Positions 12,494 through 24,588 of a stretch of DNA of 64,000 bases are shown piece after piece. Origin of the DNA: Gonapodya sp. JEL0774. Its lineage: Eukaryota. The DNA is taken from assembly GCA_027604505.1 (NCBI GenBank), contig JADIIX010000110.1:1-64000 (forward strand), written 5' to 3'. Every line of letters begins with the position of its first letter. Within the stretch, counting starts at the first letter, position 1. The position numbers and the translations under genes are program-made. The notes beneath the pieces were generated by a model. The model had not been told where the DNA came from and made no database searches. It was given only the letters and a program-made list of their open reading frames with translations.

Positions 12494-15023
12494 TTACCAA
12501 TCCCCACTGCCAAAACGACCAAAAACTTTTCGGCTAGAAAACACCGTGGTTATGAAACGTGATACGTCGAGCTCGATGTCGTCTACAGACTCTCTCACCT
12601 GCGCAACCTCGGTAACTCTCGGAGGCGATGTTTTTGTCAAGGTGCCATCGGACTCTTTCTTTGAATTGAACATGTTCCGGTAAACAGTTTTCTCCTTCTT
12701 TTCCGCAATACGTTGCCTCTTCTGGATTTCCGTCATGAGGGAGCCGAGCTCCTTTTCAAACTTGGCTCCAGTTTTCACATCTTCATCAATGGCCTTTTGG
12801 AGAGCCTCTTGCGAATCATCCAGATTTTTCAAATAGAAGAGAGCCTGGGCACGACGGTAGAGACCTTTGACGTTCATCGGTGCCAATTCTAGTACCTTGT
12901 CGGCTTGCTCCAGGACCTCATCCCACATCCCCTCTCGCGCAAACCAATTTGTCAAATTAAGGTGCAACGTTACTCTGAAGGCATCTTCACGGTCCTTCCC
13001 CCCATCGGGATACGTTGGCATATGCTGGAAAAAGTCCATTGCAGCCACCCATTTCTTCCCCGCCCATCTATATCGCCCGGCCTTCCACAGATCGTTGCCC
13101 CACGACTTGAGTCGCTCAGCCTTGGAAAGGCGCTCGTCAGATGATAACTCTTTGATGTCTTTCCCTCTCACGAAGTCAATAAGCTGCAATTCGATTTCCA
13201 ACTCGTCGGACTCCCTAGCGTTCCACTCAAACTTCTGCAAGCCGGCCATTGTAAAGCCATACGAAGGCGAGGCAGTCACCAGAACTTTAGAACTCTTAAG
13301 CATTTGAGGGAGCACAAAACTGTCTAGGGATTCGGGAAGAAGGCCTGATCCTAAGTCGTACTCAAAAGGATCGCCAACTGAGCCAATGGAAAGCTGCGGG
13401 GTGGATGGGTTGGAAACGGATTTGATGCTCGCAACTATCCGTAAAGTCTCTCCGTCTCGTGGCATTTGCCAACCAGTTCCTTGCTCCAGAATCTTTTTGC
13501 GGATCTGAATGACAAATATCGGTGATCACATAGCATCCAAAATTGGCACAGTGCTTCGATTCGCACCATACAATACCTTACCGCCCTCAATTTCAACCAC
13601 TTCAAAAGCGGATACCAGCTCCACATCGTACACACAAGCCTCATTTGCATCGACGGGTACCCCAAGCTTTCCTTGTGCCAACTCCAAAGGAACATCATAT
13701 CTTCCTGCCTCTGATGTTCGGAGTTTCCTTACTGCTGCGGATAGGAATGGTGGTAGATGGGGTGGGTTGGTGTACGCGTCGAAATCCACAGCTCGCGGCA
13801 GAGTGAACACAAAGAGTTCAGAATTCGACGGGAGAGAATGAGCCGAGGATGAGTCGAAGGGAATTGTGGAGCTCTTTAGTCTGGCCTGATATTTCACTAA
13901 ATAAAAACGGCAAATGTAGTGACAACATCGTTCCCCGTGGTTTGAGCCGCCTCTCAAGAAACCCACCGGTGCATTCCCACCCATCTTTTGGCTGCTTTTG
14001 ATTCTTTAAATCTGCGGCCTCTCTTGTTTTCAGAAAGCGCACCCTATTTTCGCGATCTAGTGACGAGGCGGATCTCCAATCTGAGTGCATGTGAATTGAA
14101 TATGGGATCTATCTTTGGCAGCGAAGTTCACGACAAATCACCTCACCTAAAAGCTCAATTTCAAATTCAACCGTGGCATTGCGTGGGACGGTGGGAGGCA
14201 TGCCTTCTTCGCCATAGGCAAAGTCCGGTGATAGAGTCATGAGGCACCGTTCTTTCTTTTTCATCGAGCGCACTGCGATATTCCACCCATTAATTACAGT
14301 AGCTGCTAGTAGAGATGCATCAATCGGGATGATAGGGATAAAAGAGAGTGATGATCACGAGAACGAACCTCGTCCAACAATAAAGTTGTAGGGGACGTTC
14401 CTGTCCACATGCCGGTCAAACTCCTTTTTCGAATTCACCAATCGTCCAACAAATGTTATGGCAACCTCGTCACCTTGCTCAGGGAACTGCCAACCGATCC
14501 CCCGCCGTAGAAGTTTCTTTCTGACACCCTTGACAAGTTCGAGCTCCTCGCCTTCTTCTAGCACAGGATCCATTGGTGGAAGTTCACTTTCCATCTCCTG
14601 TTCCGAAACCGCTGGGGGTTCCGGATCGGACGGCGAGATTTCGGGTTCTTGGGGTGCCCCGACATTTGCAACATGGTTCATGGTCTTCATGGCGTCCTGC
14701 TGCTTCAAGGCCTTTACAGCAGCTTCCTCCGCTTCGTACTCCTTGATTTCCTTATTAATGTCATCAACTGTTACGGTTTGGTCTGGTGAGGATCACTTCG
14801 GCATCATCAAATTCAAATCAGGAACGCATACCACGCTCCTGGAGTGATCGAAAATGAGATTTTCATTGAGTTTCGAATGATGATGAGTGACTTCGCGGTT
14901 ACCCCTGACTCAGTCAGAATCACGATTCTGTCTACTCACGACGTTCTTAGTCCACGGTTTCTTGCGGGCCTGCTCTGGGATTTCACCACTTGGAAGCGAA
15001 CTTTGGTTCGTAGGAACCGGCAT
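12494..15023 (-). CDS. Multi-domain FKBP-type peptidyl-prolyl isomerase (3 FKBP domains + TPR; multi-exon)
   Basis: GVRKKLLRRGIGWQFPEQGDEV.../VINGWNIAVRSMKKKE...PDFAYGEEGMPPTVPRNATVEFEIELL; two further degenerate FKBP repeats; TPR motifs KSWGNDLWK, LHLNL, NVKGLYRRAQA; EKTVYRNMF tail. Includes a 7-nt exon at 14832-14838. Confidence 0.85.
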
Positions 15024-15310
15024 CGCACTGAGCCGGGGCGAATGGCGGGAGGAGGGGTTTCTGAAACCTTCAACTAAGGGTTCCAAGTCAGGAAGCACCA
15101 GACTTCTCAATCAGGACTGCCGGCTTTGAATGTCTAACACCGGGCTCGCAATACTAAGATTCTTGTCGCTAGTAATCTATACGCAACTCTTAGACAGGTA
15201 TCCCGCTAAGAATTGATTCTATTAATTGAGTAAAGATAAAATACGTGGAATACAACAGCAAGCAGAATGAACACCAATCAGAGGTCCATAATCTAGCGAT
15301 GTACTGTTTA

Positions 15311-18090
15311 TCAACGAATCAAGCTTGTCTCCGGGAAGACCATTCCATCCTCATCAACGGCTGAAAGCGAAAGGCAGTTAGACGTTAGTTGATCTACACG
15401 ACAGACGACTGGGCATTTCCACTTACCTTGAGGGTTGTACATTCGTGCCGTAATGTACCTGGGAGTAGGTGTGACCCACGTGAGTTGGGAGGGGAGGGTG
15501 CAAAGAGGACGTCGAAAGGAGCAACATAAGAAGGCCGAAACGTGGTACCTACACCAGCAATTTCTCTTCCTGTCCTCGTGCAACCATGTCATTCACGACA
15601 CGACTGCGGGAGAGTCCGCTGAGGACGGCTTCGCGTGCGACGTCTCTTGCGACCATGGCGCTGATCTCCCGGATGCGTTCGACACGAGGGCTAACGATTG
15701 TCTAGTGAGTCAAGAGAAAAGCAGGAAAATGAAAGATGTCACGTACAATAACAAATTTTCAGATAATTCATTAGGTGTTAAATGTGTTGCAAGACTATTC
15801 GCCGCAGTATAAATCTGAAGGGGAGGAAAGATCGAATCTGTTCTCGCTCAAAGGGATCGATCATCTCTCTTACAAGATCATCAGTGATGTGCGCACATTT
15901 GGAGAGCACGGCACCGAGGCCAAGACCAGGGAATATGAACACTGAAAAAGGTTCGAGAGGTCGCCGAGGTGAATCAAACGCAACTGTCATTCCGTGAGAT
16001 GTCGGCGCCACTCACTATTGTTCCCCTGCCCCGGTGACGTCTTCTTATTAGTCACTGGGTCTATATAGTCGGGGAATGCAGTCCCCGAGGCGAATAGAAC
16101 GCGATTGTCAGAATGTTCCATAGCCTCCGCAAAGGTGCACTCGCAATTGGATATCGGATTGGACAGAGGCATGATAATCGGTCGCTTATTCAGCGTGGCC
16201 ATCTTCCGGATGATGTCAGGTGTGAATAGTCCCTTGATCGTCGAGAAGCCGATCAAGACCGTCGGTTTTGCCCAGTCGAGCACTTCGTCGAGGGTTTTAA
16301 ACTGCTCCCCGTCATTGTCCGAACGGGCAAGGGACTGCGCTTGTTCGCCCAAGCGCTGGAAGTCGCTCCTGTCCTGCGTAAGGAGTCCGTTAATATCCAT
16401 CATGTAGAAGTGCGCGCCTGCATCTTGAACGTTGATCCCGAGATTTCGCTGGAAGTGCATCCGTAAAGTGCTTGCGACACCGACACCTGCAGCACCAGCG
16501 CCCACGAACAAGAGACGATGGTCTTCGAGAGGTACTCCCGAAAGTTGAATTGCTCGAATCACTCCTGCCATGACGACGGCCCCAGTACCTTGAATGTCGT
16601 CGTTAAAATGGAGACTGAGAAAGAGAGAAAGGAGGAGAGAAAAGGAGAAATAGGGATAGCAGGATACGAGGAGAGATATCAACGAACTGGAGGGGGGGGG
16701 GGGGGGGGGGGGGGGCTACAACCACACCAAAACACGACATTTAGTNNNNNNNNNNGTAAACACAAGAACTCACAATTTATGGCGATAACGATTCAAGCAA
16801 CCCCAAGCTCTGTCCGATCTGAAATCTTCGAATTGAACGAGCGACGTGGGCCACTTGTCCGTCAGCTCCTCCATGAATTCGTCCATGAAGGAGTACCAGT
16901 CGACATCGTCGGGTCGCTTTTGTTTGAGACCGACGTAGTGAGGAGCGTTACGAACGGCGTCGTTGTCGCAACCCAAGTCGATCAAGATGGGGAGGGTATT
17001 TTCCGGGAAGAAACCTCCAGCTCCGACGTAAAGAGCGCACTTTCCAACTGGTATGAAGAGCAAAAAGCTTTATGTGGCGGTGTCCATGGGAGGAACAGGG
17101 TGGGAACACTCACCGGGGATAGGCATTCCATTTGCGCCCAAATCACCCAGCCCCAGCACACGCGAACCGTCAGTAACAACGACCAGATCAGGATTTGGCA
17201 TCGGCCAATTATCGAGGACTTTTCGGATTTTTCCTCGATCTTCCCAACTTATAAACAGGCCCTCTACAAGTCCCGACCGATATGTGCGACTATAATAGAG
17301 GCAAGCTTCTCCCACGGTCGGTGTATAAATGAGTGGCACGATTTCCTTGCTGTACTTGACGAGACATCGATAGAACAAGGAAGAGTCGGAGTATCTGGCA
17401 AAATCGATTAGTGAGATGACTATCCTTCCCCAGGTCGCAAGAACACGTACTTCATATGGCGAAGGAACAGGTTTTTCTCCCAGGCAGAGTCCTTTGAGCG
17501 CAGCTCGGTCATTAAGCGATCCTCCTGCTCTCTTTGATCTTCAACAATAGGGGGCATCAGACCACGAAGATTGAGACGATCGCGAGCTTCTTTACTGAAC
17601 AGGGTTCCACGGTTTTGGTGGGGGTCTCGAATTGTGGTATAGTTTTCTGAAAAAGGGGAATTATTTGTCGGACCGAGGACTGCATACCTCGAAGATGGAT
17701 CACTCACCAGGAAGCTGGCGGTCAACAAAGTGATTGAATCTTGTTAGAGCGGCTTCGTAGCCATTCCTCGCTGTTTGCGTGCTCCTCGGGCCATAATGAA
17801 TAGAGTTCGTTCCCATTCTGCCTGCCCCTCCGTCGTGATACTGGACAACGGGATGCGCGCGGTCACCAAACGATCGTTTGGCTACATGGATGCGAATTTC
17901 TCGAGAGTCCCTGGTACTGAGTGAGCCGATCACAGATGATGAAAAGAAAAGATTGAGAAGCGGACCCTGAATGGGTGAAACTGAGGGGACATCCTCACCC
18001 AGTTACCGGAAGGTTGGCGACGATCGCTCGCGTAGTGCCTCGCACAATCGCATCTGAGCGCCGCACATGCAGAACACATAGCATCTCCAT
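15311..18090 (-). CDS. NAD(P)-dependent malic enzyme with Arg-rich presequence-like N-terminus (multi-exon; spans an N gap)
   Basis: NRGTLFS..R.RLNLRGLMPP, PLIYTPTVGEAC, VVTDGSRVLGLGDLGANGMPIP, VQFEDF, FNDDIQGTGAV, GAGAAGVG, PLSNP, GQGNN, IFPGLGLGA. Start at 18090 is inferred from an in-frame upstream exon. Confidence 0.93.
16746..16755. other. Assembly gap (10 N)
   Basis: N run near a poly-G tract; the same pattern recurs at 33716-33725 and 51356-51365. Confidence 0.99.
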
Positions 18091-18497
18091 ATGTTATTGT
18101 TTGTGATGGGAGGGCCGGCTGAGGGGAAGAGTTGTCCCGGAGGTTTTTGGTTGGAACCCCAAAAGAGGGGCTGCCGAGGAAACTCTCGGCCACTTTCCCT
18201 CGCAGGGGTTTGACGAGACTTGCAGCTTTTTTTATAAATGGAATCGACACACGAATTTATACGAGCCACTGCGCTGAAACAAATTCCCCGGTGGAGGAGT
18301 CACTACATGCACTTTGCTCACTACAGGGCCCATTGCATAATTGACAAAATACATCAATTGTGTCGGTGTGATTGTGAACCAGGAATAGTCAGTATGTGTT
18401 TGTTGTTTGTTGGCTCGAACTGATCGCTGTGGTCACAGCCCCGAGATATGGCTCCCGAAAACAGCTTGCTCTCACTCCCCCCATCTCTCTCGCCAGA

Positions 18498-21400
18498 ATG
18501 GATGCCATTTTGAGCACTGTGGACCCTCGCCATCGATATTCTTTACCAATCGAATTCGTCACCGCAACCTTCAATCGTGTTTCTCCAACCTCGGACTCTT
18601 CTGCTCTGCCCAAAACAGCCAACGTCATCTTTTCCATTGTGTATGGCGAAGACAAACGTGGCCAAGATGAAGCAGCGTATGTTTCTCACTGTAGCTCTTT
18701 CCTCCTCCCTCCACCGGTCACCTTAAATTCGTTGAAAGGATCTTTTTATGGCGCCGGCGGCGACTGAGAGGAGCAAACACATTCCATTTGCTGATGGTTT
18801 TGCCACTTCAAAGTGGAATGCAATTGGAGTCCTCAGGAAAGCTACGGGTCTCCTTCAAAAGTGCGGAAATCCGAACGGAGCTTGAATTCCCGCCAAACGC
18901 ACCAACAGGAACAGTTGAAGAAATTCGGCGTCTCGTGCATGTCGCTCGATACTTTCCCAAACCTTCCACTGGATTCACATTTCTGTGGACGTCTTTCTAT
19001 CTTACCTCCCCTTACCTCGATGGCCCATCTGAGCCTGTGTCTGCGGGAATCTCGGTGAACCCATTCATTGAACAGTATTTTCCGGTGCCGCAAATCCATC
19101 ACAAACTCGTCAAAGACGTCTACACTTCTCACATTCTTCGACGAGAAGAGCCCCGTTTCCTCACTCTGAGTGAACCCCGCATTCTGTGGGTTGGAACATA
19201 CAACGTCGGAGGGGTTCTCCCGGCGGAGGATCTTTCCCCGTGGCTGGATGTTGATTCTGACGCCGATGAACCGGCAATCTATGTGATTGGGCTCCAGGAA
19301 ATGGACCTGTCCACCGAAGCATACCTCTTCACAGACGCTGGTGCACGAGAAGAAGCGTGGTGTCAGCGGATAGAGGCGGCTCTCGGGAAGAGGAAGGCTT
19401 CTTACACCAAAATTGCTTCGAAACAACTCGTCGGACTTCTCATCGTTGTCTACGCGCAAAAAGCTGATTCCAACTCCATCTCCGATGTCAGTACCTCGTC
19501 GGTCGGAGTCGGGTTCCTCCGCATGGGGAACAAAGGTGCCACCGCGGTGCGCTTTCGTTGGCACGACTCGTACGTAACTGTCGTCAACTGCCACCTGGCA
19601 GCGGACACGTCGGCATTAGAACGCAGAAATCAGGACTTTCAAGAGCTTATACGGAAAGTCACTTTTGAACACAATACTATTGGGTCGAAGTTTGGTGAGA
19701 AGGAGGAAGTGAATAGGAGAGGGGACAAGGATCATTGTATTCAACTGCTTCCTTTCTTTCCATGCGTGCAGGCAACGCCCATTACAATCCATCCAACACA
19801 CTTGTTTCAACTGTCACGGGAAGCTTTTACGAACAACTACTTGCCACTCACCTGCGATCGGATGCTCCCATTCCAGAAGGTGCCCCTCCCATTCCCGAAT
19901 CTGCGACACTTCTAGGGTACCAACCACGAGCCACAGCCACTGTAATGGACGGAGAGTCAGTTGACACTACGTTGATTCATCGTTTTACTCTCTCATCACC
20001 TTCATTTCACTTCCCCTGAAGCCACCTCATTTTCCTCGGCGATCTCAATTACCGCCTCGCACTTCCTGTTGATAAACCCGCACTCAGCTCGACTATAAAG
20101 AGCATGCTTATCCGCGGTGAGATCCCGCAACTCCTCGAATCGGACCAGCTGAAAACCGAAATCGCAGCGGAAAGGACCTTTGTTGGATTCCACGAGGCTC
20201 AAATCACATTTCCTCCTACGTACAAGTATGACGTCGGAACAACAGAATTCGACTCCAGCGAGAAAAACCGGGCTCCGGCTTGGTGCGATCGGATACTCCA
20301 CTTCGCGCCTGACGCATCCCAATCCACCCTTCCCTCTGCCCCACGGCCCACATTGACACCAGTTCTGTACACTTCAACACCAGAACTTGTGGGAAGCGAC
20401 CACAAACCTGTTAAGTGCGTGTTCGAGGTCCGATGTCGACGGATAGAAGAACAGCGGTTTGGGGAGGTTGTTCAGGAAGCTGCAAGGGACTTGGATAAGT
20501 GAGTTTTGGGAACGCGTCCCCTTGCTTCCCGAGAAGCACACATCATAAACCGAGATTGACTTGATGTGAAGGTTCGAAAACGAAGCAGTCCCTGCTCTCT
20601 CGCTTTCCACCAACTCACTCGACCTTGGCGTTGTCTCCTATGGTATGCCCGTCACGCGAACCCTCACCATAGCAAACACAGGTCTTGTTGCCGCGAAATT
20701 CCACTTTGCTCCTCCGACACCGGACTCGTCATTTGTAAGCCCACCTTGGTTGTGGCCATGCCCAGCAGGAGGTGCTCTCCTCCCCGGCGAGTCGGTTACA
20801 GTCCGTGTCACGGCATTGGTCGCAGGCAACGATGCGGGTAACATGACAATGGGCAAAGCTGCACTGGACGAAATTTTGGTGGTGAGGTGTGAGGACGCTC
20901 GGGACGCTTTTGTGGCGGTTCACGGAGAATGGCAATCCTCGTGTTTTGGACTCCCTTTGCGGGTTCTGTGCGCCCTGCCTGAGCCGGCGAGGTCGTTAGG
21001 AGTAGAGCGTGTGAAGAAGGTGGCCGAGGAGTCCAACAAGCCAGAAAGTAAGAGTGGGGCGAATTTTCCGAGAGAGATGTGGCGGCTGGTGGACTTCATT
21101 TTTCGATACAGGGGGGAGTGTGAAAGCGTATTTCTTAAAGGTGGAGATTCAGGATTAATGAAACACTTCAGAGATTGTTTGGATACTGGCGAGGAGTTTG
21201 ACGTGGTGAGATTATTTGGCGTGGAGGGGGAAGGCGGTGATGGGGAAGATCAAGGAGCTCCAGAGGGAGATCACACCACTTCGGAGTCTGCCTCCCGATC
21301 ATCCACCGCTTCTGACACCACTACAACCGCCGAGAACGTTTCCAGAGTACCTCCCAGCCGTCCACGCAGCTCCTCCCTAGCAGCTCTACGCCGTGACCTC

Positions 21401-22023
21401 GCCGTCCACTCCTCCGCTCAAACCCTTCTCATGATGCTCGACGCTTTTCCCGGTGGCTTGGTACCCCAGGAATATTTTGCAGCATGCGTGCGTGAGGGAG
21501 GTCGGTTGCTAGCGGTTAATCAGGCCGGGATTCAGGGACTTGGGAGTGAGGCCAGAGAGGTGGATGTGATGGAGAGCGGTGTGGGTGAGACGTGGTACAA
21601 TGTGAGTTTATTTTCGCGCGCATTCGGTTGTTTTGGGATGCAAGGTCGTCGTGCTTATGAGATAACTTGGTTTCCCTTGTAACCGCCAATCCAATGTCGA
21701 ACCCAACTTAGGTCTGGGTCAATCTCTGCACGCTGATACGCGATGTGGCAGAAGATGGAATCAATAGGGGTAATGCTGCAGCTGTTGATGAACTGGGTAT
21801 GTTGACTATGCCGCTTTTTGAGTCTTCCTGTTCCGTCTGACCAACCAAACCCCCCCCCTCTCCCCCTCGCCACCCCCATCTCCGGCCCGGCCCATGCTCT
21901 GATATCGTACCAGCATGTGTGTTTGCACCCATACTGCTTCGGCCACCTTCGACTGCAACGGTCGATGACGTCGGTCAACAATGGCGACGTGCATTTTTTG
22001 CAAAGCAATTTCGCAGCACATAA
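18498..22023 (+). CDS. OCRL/INPP5B-type inositol polyphosphate 5-phosphatase (5-phosphatase + ASH + RhoGAP-like; multi-exon)
   Basis: VGTYNV, YVIGLQEMDLS, MGNKGATAVRF, VNCHLAA, GDLNYR, FPPTYKYD, PAWCDRIL, SDHKPV; ASH-like TLTIANTG; PREMWRLVDFI; terminal LACVFAPILLRPP. Confidence 0.9.
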
Positions 22024-22298
22024 ATTTTAGTACTACTTTATTCGATTTATTTTCTGAGTGATGGAAGAAAAAGGATGTAGTGAAAAGGGACAAAGCGCTG
22101 CGGGTCGCGGCAGGGTTAGTGCCTCGAGGCCATGAAGATCGTGTGTAGCACGCAACATCCAAACACTCTCCAGTGAACTCAGTGTGGCCGTCGGCCATTC
22201 CAGTTGACAGTTTTGACGCTTGAGACGCTGGAGACGCTTTGTGGCGAGGGGTACCGGAAGCGTGACCCGAGTGAAAGCCGGCAAGATACACACACAAC

Positions 22299-24398
22299 AT
22301 GTCCTTCCTTTTTCGTCGCGCGCAACCGACTGCGGAGAACCCTTTCCTGGACGCACATGGTCACTCCGCTCCTGTCCAACAACTTCATTCCGCAAACTCA
22401 ATGGTCAAGGCGAACCGCGTTTACTCCGCTCCCGTGCCGGCATCAGACTCTCTCAGCGGGCTGACTTTATCGGACCACTCGGACGGCTCAGATGCAGCAA
22501 ATGACTCTTTCTCGCTGCACTCGAACTCCGCCGCAACAATGTCTGCTCAGAAAGAGGACGAGATATTGGAGGAGAACACACTACTGAGACAACAACTTGT
22601 GAGACTGGCAGACCAAGTCGCTGCAGACGAAGAGCGGAAGGAATTTGAGTTTGCTAGAAAGCTCAAAGAGGTCAGTACACGCACTCTTGAAAACGGGAGC
22701 GGAGTCGCCATTGCACTACGGAATTTTGTATTGGAGAAGTCCATGCGAGGCATCGCAATCCCAAGCCATCAACAAGATCTGTCTCCTCAAATTAGGGCGA
22801 AACATTTTCGGGAGACTTGTCGCTCGCGTATGGATGTGCACAACCTCAGTGTTCAAATGAACAACCATGTGAACAATAATTTCATCAAACTCCCGTACTC
22901 ATTCTGTCGGCGGGACCTCTTATTGCGCTGTTCTCAACCCCTTCACTCTTTACCTGACCGTTACTCACCACCTTCCCCGTCACCGACACCAGGTGCAGCT
23001 AGAGTACCAAAAGGACCTCGACGAGCTGAATGCTGCGCACGAGCAGGAGGCATCCGAGTGGCAGAAAGAGGTACGTAGCTCAAGGCGACAGTGGCTGAAG
23101 TTGTGCGATAGTAGTTATTGGAACATGGCCCCGCCTTGATTTGTGGAGGAAAAGCATGACGCCTTGTGATATCAAAAGGAAAGACTCAACATCAATCGCC
23201 TCACTCGTTTGCCCCCGTCAATGTTACCATATGCTTTTGTCTCGCGTACATTTTCCAAATCCCAGATGCACCACCTTCGCGCCGAACTTCAAACCAGTCA
23301 GTCTGAAGTGTCCCGACTATCTGCTCGTGCGGCCCACCTAGCAGACGATCTCGACCAAGCCCGGGAGAGGTGTGGTGTGCTGCAGGGACAAGTGGAGGGG
23401 ATGAGAAGGGTGAGAGATGAAACGGTGAGAGTTGTAGCTCCATTGGAGAGAGTACTCGAATCTCAACCACTGCCCAAAGATTGCCCGGCTGGAAGCGGAA
23501 GCGGAAGATCTTCATTCAAAACTCGCTGACGCACACCGGACGAGAATTCAGGCGCAGGCAGGATTGAAGCAACAAGAAGAGTTAGTGGAGAGCTTGAAGG
23601 TGAGCGGCTGATGGACTGTCTTTATTGTGCGAGGATCCCCCAAATGGGTCGGTCTGGAAGCATGACGGTTCATACCATTGTTGTAGTCGCAGAGATCTAG
23701 CTTTCCGGATTCGATGAGGACAGTCCTGCGAAATGTGAAACTAAACACTGTTCTTTGTTCAGGTCAAGTACGGTGCCGTCTCCTCGCACCTCATTGAGCT
23801 CCGCGAAGATCATAATCGACTACTGCGAATCCTTGAAACCGTTCGCCCAAGTGTCCGCGTCACGGACCACTCCCCCGCCCCAAACCTGTCGCTCGACCGT
23901 CGACGGGCAGGCAGCCCAACTTCATCCCGTGCACCAAGCCCGTCTGACCCGTCCTTTTCGCCAGTTTCCACTGTGTCCTCCTCTGCCGAAAGTTTCTGGT
24001 CCCATCAGCCGAGTGTCTCGAGCAACAGTGCCGCACCCGCATTACCTGCCATTAGTCCGGTAAACACATCAGCTCCTGCATCGCCCTCTCGTCAGCCTGG
24101 CGATATTCGCCGTGCTTACACACTCCGTGTCGCCACTTCGCGGTTGCAGGACCCGTCGCTAGCTGAGCATGGCGTGACTTCCACCTCTGCGGCAGGTGCA
24201 GGCACACTGCACTTAGGTGGGGCCAAGTTGATGCGGAAAGGTTCAGCGAGCATTCCAAGACGGAGGCACTCGCCGGGGAAGGCAGCAATGATGGCGGCGG
24301 CAGATGCAGTGTCACCTGTGGGGCCTTCCCCTGGTCCTATTGGAGGGTCGGCTGGAGAAGGAGATAAGGCGGCGGTTTTAGATGTGGTGCAGCTGTAG
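22299..24398 (+). CDS. Uncharacterised coiled-coil protein with Ser/Pro-rich C-terminus (multi-exon)
   Basis: Consecutive + strand exons with heptad/charged composition (EENTLLRQQLVRLA, LEYQKDLDELNAAHE, LRAELQTSQSEV) and GT-AG junctions; no recognised domain. Confidence 0.5.
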
Positions 24399-24588
24399 GA
24401 AGAGGGAGCACGTTTCGATTACGTGAGGGGAATATTGGAAGGAGGCGGAGGTTGGCGGGCTGACCTTCAGAATTTGTTTATCGGTTGGCGGGCTGACCCT
24501 CAAAGATTGTTTATCATAATCATGAACTTATATATATCGAGGTATCTGCAGTGCATAAGCCGTGTTACAACTTGTGAAGCTGGGCTGC

